Shown in pieces: positions 1 to 9,834 of a stretch of 64,000 nucleotides of DNA; the first letter of the stretch is position 1; each line of letters begins with the position of its first letter. The DNA is from Naegleria gruberi (taxonomy: Eukaryota). The translations under genes were made by a program, and so were the position numbers. Under the pieces are notes generated by a model that did not search any database, was not told where the DNA came from, and saw only the letters and a list, made by a program, of their open reading frames with translations. The DNA lies in NCBI GenBank assembly GCA_000004985.1, contig GG738921.1, one strand, 5' to 3'.

Positions 1-1654
1 AATTTTAGCCTCGTCGTATCTACCTTTTAATTCCTTAAAGGATGACTCTATTTTTGAGTAGTCTATCAGTAACTGGGTATATTGTACCTTGATACTCTCC
101 TTTTCCTTGTCATCTCCATTCTTTAAACTCAAATTTTTAAACTCCTTTTCATAATTTTGAACAAATGCTTCCAGCTCTCGTCTCTTTCTAACTTCAATGT
201 TTAACCTTTGTTCCATGTCATCGTACTCTGCTGTTAGAATAGCCATTTCCTTTAGTGTTTGTTCCACACTTTCTTGCTTAATTTTCTGCACTTGTTCTTC
301 TGTATATATCACTATTTCTGGTGGTGGTGAGGTAGACATATCCTTCCTCTCAACAATTGTGGTCTTCTCCTCAACCTTAAAGTCTGTCAAAAAATATGGA
401 TCCAAAGGAGAGAATTGAGGTGGTTGGTTACACTGTTTGTCTTTTGGTGTAGATTGCTCAATCTCCTCAAAGTTTCTGGTTTCAGTTTTTACAATTAACT
501 TTGGTGTTGCAGGTCTATCATGGAGCTCAATCTTTGGAAGATCGAAAGAGGTGTTGACTTCTGGTTCTTGAATTTTGATCATTTCGGATAAACTTGAAGG
601 TTGGTCAGAAATTGATGACGTAGAAGTAGTTGAGGAAATTGATGAATTTGATACATTTGTTTTAATATCCTCTCCTTTTTCCAATAGATATTCCAAATTT
701 GTTATTGCTGTTTTGATATCTTCATTTTCTTCTCTTTTCAGTTTCTTTAAACATTTGATGATGGTGTCTCGGTTGAAAATATCTGCCCTTTGTTTTTGAA
801 GATTGTAAACTGAAACTAAGGCTGAGCGTTTTGTTTCAATATTTCCTTGATAGGAAACGTCATCCAAATACTCCTCAAACAATCCATATGATACAATTCC
901 GATAGATCCGTTGACATTTTGAATTTCCTCAAGACAACCTCTGCAAGATGATGATATCGAGTCAATTATTGAGAAGGTTCCTTTCAATAGAGGTTTTAAC
1001 AATATAGCGTTCAATACCTCAAAATCCTCATCCAACAACCTAACAATCGATACAATTACATCACACGAAGCCTTGACGATTGAAGACCTTAAATCCGAAA
1101 GCTGCAAAACTCATTATACAACACAACATTATCCTATAACTTACCATAATCGATAATGGTTCTTGAATAGATATGGCAATTTCAAGTGCTTTTTTCTTTG
1201 ATATTGTTCCTGAAGTGAGTACATCATCCAACTCTTGCAGACAATCTAACTTTGTTGACCAATGTGTTTCCAGTGATTGGAGACTCGTTATGCAACCCCT
1301 CTCAGTCTCTGTTATATTTTCTGGTTCAATATCTATCACTCTGCTCGAATTTATATTTTGATGATTATCAAAGGCTCCGAAGCTAGCTCCCTCAATTAAA
1401 GGACTCTCCTAAAACAATTCCTTAAATACACCAAAAACATAACTTCAACTTACCGATGATTCATCCAGTGGAGAATGATCAAAAAACGACTGTGCAGTTG
1501 CACTCTGATTTCTACTTATTACAAGTAGTCTCGATTTCAATTCCTCTGATGATGAGGGCGTAGTCATGCTGACTGAGGAGGACGTTATTTTTTTGATTAA
1601 ATAATTTCGCGCCCAATTTATTGTATGTTGTTCATATTCCTGGCCGCTGTTCAT
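1..1654 (-). CDS. Coiled-coil protein, first ~522 codons in 3 exons. The gene continues beyond the left edge. The distal heptad region is TACC-domain-like.
   Basis: ATG at 1654-1652. Exons 1654-1454 / 1408-1145 / 1101-1 are joined by GTAAGT...AG introns of 45 and 43 nt and give one uninterrupted frame to base 1. It is open-ended, so it is absent from the ORF track; + strand ORFs 197-418 and 575-799 are its antisense shadow. The terminal part is charged and heptad-rich (YDDMEQRLNIEVRKRRELEAFVQNYEKEF ... KIESSFKELKGRYDEAK), loosely like the TACC SFxDLxxRYxxxK core. Confidence 0.6.
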
Positions 1655-2425
1655 TTACATCAATAAGATCCATCACACAACCTCAAAAGAAGAAGTGAGA
1701 AAGGACATTGGGTTGTGATGGAGTATATTGCTTAGTAAAAGGCTTGAATTTTGATTCAACTTTCAAAATAGTAAACCTTAATGAAAATATATTTTGTAAC
1801 AACAAACCACTTGCTCACAATGAGATTGATAATAAAATCATTTCCAATAAATTAGTATTATTGCAACAAATTGACCAATTAAAGCCCATAAAAAGAAAGG
1901 GCAACATTGATAGAGAAGAACTTGAAATGTTTATTTTAATCGACCATCTGCCTTCTTCAAGAAAGGTTTCCGATTACAGTGTGGTTGACCTCATTAAAAT
2001 TTTATAAACGAAACCTCTTTGGAATTTCCCTCTTCTTTTCCCGTATGTCAGTGCACACAGTTTGACCGTTTATCGTTCGTTGTATCTTTAAAATAAAAAT
2101 TGGCGAAAGCAATCATCACTTTATATTGACAAGGAACGAGTGATTCACTAGTTGACGACAATTTGGTCAGTTCATGAACAATACTCAACAACAAAATAGC
2201 ACAAACTTTTCATTTAGTTTTATAGTGAGAGCATATTGTCAATATATTCAATTCCTCCCTCTTCAACCTTCTCAATCATCATACGCTAAGCTATGAATCA
2301 CACTTTTTCAAATAATAATATTAATAATACAAGAAGAAAATTCATCAATCATCACAATAATAGTGTAGTATTACTTTAAATTAATACTAAGAGAAAAACA
2401 AAAAACAGACATACAGAGAGAGAGA

Positions 2426-4612
2426 ATGGGACAAAATCCTTCTTCACCCTCTCAGAATAATAGCAATCATCTCGTTGCTCATAATCATCATCATCATCAA
2501 CAGCAGCAACAACAACCCCATCATCATCACCATCATCAACATCAACAGTGTGATGTCTTACCGAATTCAACTCATCTAATAGCAGACATTTCAGAGGAAG
2601 AACTTACAACAGATTCAACCTCGGCAACAACACCAACATCATCAACCATGACAGCTTCTCTCTCATCAAATCTTATATCGAGGAGAAGATCCTCTCTCCC
2701 CCATAAATTGAATGACCATAGTACAATGAGTGGAGAACATGATGAAACGAAACGATCCCTTGGTAAAGTATTCAAAAGTGCCACACATTTAAACGCTCAT
2801 GAAGATATTGAGAATTATTCATTGGGAAAACAATTGTGGGAGGTTGAAAAAGCAAGTAATAGTTGTAGTAGTGATGAGAGTCAGCAGCAGCAGCAGCAAC
2901 AAGACTCCCATCACGAGAGTCCAGCAATGATAATATGCCAGACTCCAAGAAATACGAAAATTTAAATATCAAATCGAAACGAAACAATACTCTACCACTA
3001 ACAATAACTGCTAAGGAGAATGAATCACCAGTTCATCGCTCGAATACTCATCCTCATCTTTCCTCTCGCAATTTTCAAGATCACCAACAACAACCTGTAA
3101 CATATTCCAATAATCTCAATACTCCAAATTCTGCCACCTACAAAACTTCCCAGAAATTAATCAAACTAAAGCCATTTTCTACACCAGATTTGAAAAGGAG
3201 TGCACTTTTAAATAGTAGGAACAATCAAGAGGAAGTAAGTGTATTTAATTTGATTTCTAATAGTTTCGAATAATTTCGAATAGATGAATGGAGTAGATAC
3301 AGATACTTTAACACCTACAGTGAGTGACGATATTTCATTTAATTCATCATCTGTCTATTCTCCACCACAACATGCCAATTCTTTCAGAAATAGTGTCCTC
3401 TCAACAACAAGTAGTGCCAGTGGAGGATCCAACAATAATCACAATAATAGTCTCATCAATTCTCTTTTCCCATCTCTTCCGGTTGACAGGACTAAAATGA
3501 CTGATGAGGAATTTACTGTCTACAAGGAGGTTGTCAGTAAACCAGTTTATGAAAAAATTCTGAAAAGTAAACCTCTGACAGCTAAATGTGGATTCAATGA
3601 AGAGTATATGAAAGAGTTTGCTTTTGAACTTTCTGATGAGGAAGAATTGAAAAATACCTATCTCACAACAGACTGGGTTGAAACAGCAAAACTCCTCCAA
3701 AGAACAAGAAGTATCGACGAGACCACTCTCAATCTTGACCCAAAAACTCTACTCGAACCAATAATTAATACAGTTTCTAAACGTGATTCTCTCTCCTCTA
3801 TTGAAGAGGAAGTGAAGAAAATTGTAATGGAAGAACAAGAGGTTCTCAAACAAGAAATCAAAATCAAGCTAATAATTACTGAAATTGCAAATGCACCTAC
3901 AAAAACTCTGAGACAATTTCTTTCTCCTGTTTTGCACAAGATGAATGTTCTACCAGAGATTGGTTGGTTTCACTCTGCTATTCTCGTAGGGAAGTGGAGA
4001 CTTGACTTTAATGATAGTAGTGTAGTAATACCGAGAAAGCTTGTTAGTCAGGCTGCTGTTATTACTACAGACATTGAAACAATTAGTACATTGGAGGATC
4101 TCAATAGAGTGATTGATGGCATGTCGAGATGCATTTGTAAATGGAATAGAAATATAACGTATAAACAAACTGGAGGAGATAGAATTAACACAGGGAACTG
4201 TCAGGATTTTGTGGAAGATTTGTTGGATAGTATTGGAGTTAAAATGAATCTTTCTGGAAGTATGAAGAAATTTGTAAAACGTTTGAGAAAGACAGGAAAG
4301 TGTTCCCTTGTCTTTGAAATGGATAAGAGATTCAGAGAATATTTTGGAATGGAATCTAAACGGGTGAAGTTCAAATCACACGAACAATTAGATTTGTTTG
4401 TGAGAAAATTACTTGACAAGTGTCCAAATTTTGCTCAAGAATTCAATGATGAATGGATACTCTTACAAAGTTTTGATAGAACCTACTGGTTGAAACACAT
4501 TACGTACACTCACATTGAAGAGTATAAACCATGCAAGGTCATTAGAGATAATAAGGGAGTTTCCGATTGTCCATTTCACGAACCCGAGTTCACTAACTTG
4601 CTTAAAGACTAG
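2426..4612 (+). CDS. His/Gln-tract protein with a C-terminal LRAT/H-REV107-like (permuted NlpC/P60 papain-fold) domain. The model carries one frame break.
   Basis: ATG at 2426 gives MGQNPSS, a possible N-myristoylation start. The ORF pieces are 2426-2965, 2878-3234 (different frame) and 3284-4612. A 49-nt GTAAGT...TAG intron (3235-3283) joins the last two in phase 0. The C-terminal domain has GWFHSAILVG about 85 aa upstream of TGNCQDFVEDL, which is the His...NC(E/Q)xF layout of LRAT-family enzymes. Confidence 0.6.
3264..3282. promoter_or_regulatory. Direct pair of TTTCGAATA motifs with 10-nt spacing, inside a 49-nt intron
   Basis: TTTCGAATA at 3264-3272 and 3274-3282. See the motif finding. 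Confidence 0.3.
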
Positions 4613-4753
4613 GCTTTGATATTTGAATCAATTTTGTAAGAAAAATTGAACAAACTCTATTGTGTTTCTTTACATAAAGAATATTAATCACGAAATACTG
4701 TTAATTATTGATCAACATTGTTAATATTATATTATTAAATAGAGAAAGAAAAA

Positions 4754-5609
4754 ATGGAACAAGACAAAACAACCAAAGACACAACAATCAACAATAACAT
4801 TGCAGAGGATGATTTTGAAGACGAGGAGATTCCTTCCGATGAATACTACGACAGAATGTATCAACAAAATGTTCATAAATATTTGAAAGAAAAGGAAGAA
4901 TTTTACAAAAAGCAACAAGACAAGTTAGCTTGTTCCGAACCACAAGAAAAAAAGATTAAAAAGTAAAGCCTTCATAGCTGCATCTCTACTATTCATCATT
5001 ATGAAGAAGGCTAATTACGGACTTGCAAAATGTGATTATACACATTGGATAATTATTTGTACCATTGATTGTGATTGCAAATTAACAGATAATCAAATTA
5101 AAACAGGCTTGGAACAATTCGAGAAAATTTCGATTAGTAAATGTAAAGACATTCCAATGCAAAACGGAAGGAGAAGAATTTTGCTAGATCTTGCCACAGA
5201 ACAGAATTATTATTACTTTTTAAACTTATTTACAAGGAAAAGTAATTTTAGCATGCAAGGCCTAACAATTTATTTGAGTGGACAAGGAATTGCAGACGAT
5301 ACCAATCAAGTTAAAAACCTAGTTGCCTATCTCAAAGGTAAATTGGCAACACTAAAGAGATATCAAGATAATTTTGATTTAGTTGTTTCAGAGCAGAATG
5401 ATGATTGGCAAAATAAGAAGGAAGAAAACAACATTGACGAATTTACTGAACTCTATGAAACTTTGAAAAGCTCTAACTCAAACTATGAATCCAATCTCAA
5501 GAAGGAGGTAAATACACTTCTCCACTCAATGTATCCCTCTGCTTTCACTCCTAACTCAACCACAACTCAAATAACCTGTCTCAAAACTGGAATAACACGA
5601 AAATTCTAA
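4754..5609 (+). CDS. Unknown protein. Two ORFs (70 aa acidic plus 202 aa) are probably one gene split by a frame change.
   Basis: ATG at 4754 follows an A-run. Frame 2 stops at 4964-4966, while frame 3 is open from 4929 through M5001 to 5609. The 38-nt overlap contains an A7 run (4947-4953). The total span is not a multiple of 3. No recognisable domain. Confidence 0.45.
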
Positions 5610-5915
5610 ATGCCTCAAACTCACTCCCATCCACCTTCCACCTCAATAAGTTAAATTATTCTCAACATTAAAGAGATAATTGTAGAATTATTGCTAATCA
5701 CGTTATCGGAAAAATCAACAATTAAAATTTTATTTTAAAAAAACGAAAAAATTGTTGTCCAATAATTTGATTGGTGCGTTGCAAAGACATAACATTACAC
5801 GTAATCACCACATCATCATCATTTGTTTTTCGTTCAAACCAACGAATCTATTTTAAATTGGATTGATTTGTGGACAATCAACAATTATCTTCATCATCAT
5901 TAATTTATTCGGAAA

Positions 5916-8636
5916 ATGTCGAAAAATCCTTCACAACAACAACAACAACCAGAACACACAATTCAACTCAGTGATAAAGTTGATCAGGTTCTTGAGGAGG
6001 TGCTTCCACAGAGAGATCCTTTCGATTCGAGTTTCTTTGATCCTGTTCATTATATAAATCTTCGTTTCCCTAACGAACAAGCCTTGAATGAAGGTCTTGA
6101 ATCATCCATCATAAAAGTCAAGAAGAAGATTCAACGTGTCGATGAAGATATCCTTGTTGCTGTTCGTAAACAAAGCTCTTCTGGTGTTCAGGCAAGGAGA
6201 GACTTGGAGGAAGCAAGAGAAACCATTCAAAGTTTGTTTAAAAAGATTAACGAAATTAAGTCTAAAGCTGAACAATCCGAACAAATGGTACAAAACATCA
6301 CAAAGGATATTAAATCACTTGACTATGGTAAGAGAAATCTTACTGTTACAATGACTACATTGAAGAGACTTCACATGTTGGTGTCGGCTGTGGATAAGTT
6401 AACACTCTACACACAAAAGAAACAATACAAACAAGTTGCGGAATTATTGGAAGCTGTCAATGAGTTGTTGGCTAATTTTGAAAAGTACAAATCTAGCATT
6501 CCTAAAGTTCAAAATTTATTTATGAGATTTGAAAGTGTTAAAAAGTCACTTCGTGATCAATTGTTCCAAGATTTTAAGAGTTTGGACGCTCACAAAAATT
6601 CAGGTAGAGAAAACGTACAACAACTGTTATCAGAGGCTTGTTTGGCTGTGGATGCTCTTGGAGATTCTATTAGAACTGAACTTATTTCTCAATTTGTTAA
6701 AAATAGAGCATTGCATGTCTATGATATGACATTCAGAGAAGGAAAAGAAGAAAGTAAATTGGAAAGAATTGCAGACAGATACAAATGGCTCATGAAAGTT
6801 TTGAAATCCTATCAAGAACAATTTGGAGATATCTTCCCTAGTTTTTGGTCAGTTCCACAAGAAATTACTGTTGAATTCAGTTTAATGACTAGACAAGCTA
6901 TTGTTCAAATGCTCCAAAGAGGAAACAATGTTTCTGGTAAAACTTTATATACAGTAATCTTGTCAACAATCAAGTTTGAACGTGACATGCAAGAGAGATT
7001 TTATGATCCAGACGAATCTGAAATTTTGGTAGATCTTCAACAACAAAAGAGACAACTTGATCAAGAAGAAAAGCTCTTAAAAGAGGCAGGTCAAAAATTA
7101 CAAGAGGGTAGTCCTGAAGCCAATGACAATCTGAAAAAACAATTCAAGATTATGATCAAACGTAGAGAACTTGAAAAGGTTGAAAATGATATTACTAAAA
7201 CATCAACTCTTGATTCCTTATTGAAAGAGGGTGATGGATCAGCTAGTGGCATTAAAGAAGTTGAAAAGGCAAAGAAGAAACCAAAGAATAAGTATAACTT
7301 TATTGGTTTTATTAGTAGTTGTTTCGAGGAACATATGAGTGTATATATTGAATATGAAGAAGAGTCAATGAGAGAAACTCTTTCAAATATTATCCAAAAA
7401 GAAACTTGGGACATGAACAGCGAATACAGCAGTAGTCAAGATTTGTTCATGTACATTGTGGAATCTATGAAGTCATGCAGTGCTTTATCTAAAAAGAAGA
7501 CCCTCTATGACTTGGTTGAGAAGGTATTCAAAAAGTATCTTGCTGAGTATGCTGGCATTCTTACTAACAAATTACCAAAAATTCAATCTATTGCTTCTTT
7601 AAATTCCAACGCTCCAAATAATGCTGCATCAGGAAATTCTAGTGTTTCGTCACCTGTTGCTGGTGGTTCTGGTGCCTCCTCATTCATTCGTAGTTTGGGT
7701 ATGTCAAATATTTTACCAACAGAAACCTTCTCCGATAAGAAGATTAAGCTTACTGATAGAGAAGAAATGGTTGTATTTTACATTATTAATAGTGCTGACT
7801 ACTGTCAACAAAACATTGAAATGGTACAAGATGAATTGAAAGAAACTCTTCAAGAACCATATTGTGACCAAGTTGACCTTTCTGAAGAACAAGGTCAATT
7901 CTACCATGTTTTGAAGAGTGGTATTGAGGTTCTTGTACATAACTTGATGAATGTCATGGAAAAACAATTTTCTGAAATGATTTCTGTTGCATGGGGTAGT
8001 ATGGATACTGTCGGAGATCAATCTCCTTTCATTTCTGTTATCATGCAAACTCTCAAAGATGCTATACCATTCTTGGCTAAGGCACTTCCTATTACTCACT
8101 TTAAATTCTTCTGTGACAATTTTGTATTGTCATTTATGGCAAACTATATCAACAATATTTACAAGTGTAAGAAGATTTCACTAATGGGAGCTCAACAATT
8201 GTTGGTCAACTCTAGGTCACTTGTAAAATATAGTATTAGAGAATTAATTAATTTGGGTGATAATACAAGATTTGATGAGGATGATTTGGCAAGTTTTGCA
8301 AGGAAAGTTGATGGAAAGGCCCAAAAAATTGAATGTATTTTACGTACCTTATCTGCTCCAAATGATTTGATTGCTGAGACTTATATTAGTCTTGCTCCAA
8401 ACGACCATTCTTTACCTGAACTCACAAAGATTTTGGAATTGAAAGAATTACAAAAGAATGAAAAACAACAAATTCTTGAAGGTTATCAAAAAGAATTAAG
8501 GAAGAGACAAGGTGGAGATGCCAAAGATGCACCTCAAGCTAGTGCTATTGGTACAGCAACAAAGAAAATGGAACAAGCAACAAGTGCTATCATGACTTCA
8601 AGTAAGAGCTTTATCAAAAAGTTTACTAAGGATTAA
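5916..8636 (+). CDS. vps53: VPS53, a subunit of the GARP/EARP tethering complex
   Basis: Single 906-aa ORF. The N-terminus FDPVHYINLRFPNEQALNEGLESSIIKVKKKIQRVDEDIL ... KAEQSEQMVQNITKDIKSLDYGKRNLTVTMTTLKRLHML matches the conserved Vps53 N-terminal region nearly motif for motif. Confidence 0.9.
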   Translation: MSKNPSQQQQQPEHTIQLSDKVDQVLEEVLPQRDPFDSSFFDPVHYINLRFPNEQALNEGLESSIIKVKKKIQRVDEDILVAVRKQSSSGVQARRDLEEARETIQSLFKKINEIKSKAEQSEQMVQNITKDIKSLDYGKRNLTVTMTTLKRLHMLVSAVDKLTLYTQKKQYKQVAELLEAVNELLANFEKYKSSIPKVQNLFMRFESVKKSLRDQLFQDFKSLDAHKNSGRENVQQLLSEACLAVDALGDSIRTELISQFVKNRALHVYDMTFREGKEESKLERIADRYKWLMKVLKSYQEQFGDIFPSFWSVPQEITVEFSLMTRQAIVQMLQRGNNVSGKTLYTVILSTIKFERDMQERFYDPDESEILVDLQQQKRQLDQEEKLLKEAGQKLQEGSPEANDNLKKQFKIMIKRRELEKVENDITKTSTLDSLLKEGDGSASGIKEVEKAKKKPKNKYNFIGFISSCFEEHMSVYIEYEEESMRETLSNIIQKETWDMNSEYSSSQDLFMYIVESMKSCSALSKKKTLYDLVEKVFKKYLAEYAGILTNKLPKIQSIASLNSNAPNNAASGNSSVSSPVAGGSGASSFIRSLGMSNILPTETFSDKKIKLTDREEMVVFYIINSADYCQQNIEMVQDELKETLQEPYCDQVDLSEEQGQFYHVLKSGIEVLVHNLMNVMEKQFSEMISVAWGSMDTVGDQSPFISVIMQTLKDAIPFLAKALPITHFKFFCDNFVLSFMANYINNIYKCKKISLMGAQQLLVNSRSLVKYSIRELINLGDNTRFDEDDLASFARKVDGKAQKIECILRTLSAPNDLIAETYISLAPNDHSLPELTKILELKELQKNEKQQILEGYQKELRKRQGGDAKDAPQASAIGTATKKMEQATSAIMTSSKSFIKKFTKD

Positions 8637-8667
8637 ACGTTTCTGTTAATATTATATTACAATTTCT

Positions 8668-9761
8668 CTATTTGTTTAACCAAGCATGTGGAGGTATTTT
8701 TCCTGATTCACGAGCATTCACATAGAGTTCCCAAGCTTTTTCAGGATTATAGTTGGCCTCTGATAGACAAATAACAGTAAACTCTCTCGTGAGACCAGAT
8801 AAGGATGAAAACTTTTGTATCAGTTCCTCTTCTGGAGAAATGTTATGGTGTTGATGATTCTGGTGGTGAATCGATGGCTGTTGTTGTGGCTGTGGACTGG
8901 AATAATCTGAATCATGATAATTCTTAGATGAATAGATACTGTTAAGGCGTTCTTCTGCCTCTTTGGATGAAAAACTTAGGTTAGAATTGTTATACGAACT
9001 ATTATACGAAATATTCGAATTATAGTATTCCTCTTCTTCCTCTTGTTCCTCTTCATGATATTCAGGTGAAGAATGTGAAACATTTTTGGAACTGCTACTA
9101 CTAGAAGGTTTAGAAGACTTAGCATGTTTTTCCTCCTGCTTTTTCTTGGATTCTCTTTTCACTTCATTTGCAAGATATAGCAATACATAATTCCTCATCT
9201 TGTCAACTTCCTCCCATTCATGACTCTTCTCTGGAATTAATTCCAATAACCTCTGAATACTATCAATATATCGATACGTATCCCTCAAAGTAAAATGATT
9301 TTGATGAGCCCACTTATTTCTACAATTCCTAGCTTCAAATAATAAATTCCTATCCGTATTAGTCAACCATCTATTTCCCGCAGCAAACGCATCATTCCAA
9401 TGTCGTTGTATAACTCCAATAATATTCTGTGTATCCCAAGCACTTGATGCTGATAAATTAACATTAAATCTCGGAGCAGATGAAGATGATCCTCTTCCAA
9501 ATGTTGTAGCACTCATATAATCACCTCCCTGATCTTGATTACTTGCTGCTTTTTCTACAATTTCCTTCCAGCCTTCTCCATACTCTTCGGACAAGGCTGT
9601 TTTCACCAGAGGTTCATAAATTCTATTAAAATACTTTAAACACCTTCCGATAATATCGTGAATCTAAAATGTAACTTCCGTTTTGATCAAAAAGAGTCTT
9701 TAATATTACATCATACCTTTTGTTGATCGAGAGTTTCATCCTTCTTGTCGTGTTTTCCCAT
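8668..9761 (-). CDS. Swt1-type HEPN domain protein with a C-terminal TAP-C/UBA-like domain (346 aa, 2 exons)
   Basis: ATG at 9761 follows an A-run. Exon 1 (9761-9717, MGKHDKKDETLDQQK), a 53-nt GTATGA...TAG intron (9716-9664) and exon 2 (9663-8668) are in phase. It carries the R-x4-H motif ARNCRNKWAHQ in a helical context. The C-terminus FSSLSGLTREFTVICLSEANYNPEKAWELYVNARESGKIPPHAW follows the TAP-C pattern. Confidence 0.65.
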
Positions 9762-9834
9762 TTTTTTTAAAAATTTAAATTTAAAAATAGTATTTTAACT
9801 ATTTAATAATTATTGAAAAGATTACAATATTAAA

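Noticed and set aside
197-799. Plus-strand ORFs 197-418 and 575-799
   Set aside because: They are antisense to a continuous minus-strand exon (1101-1) that has clear coiled-coil coding character. The plus-strand products are low-complexity Ser/Phe/Ile strings.
1708-2007. 99-aa ORF in the divergent spacer between the genes starting at 1654 (-) and 2426 (+)
   Set aside because: It starts with TTG and has no A-run/ATG context, no motif, and spacer-like composition.
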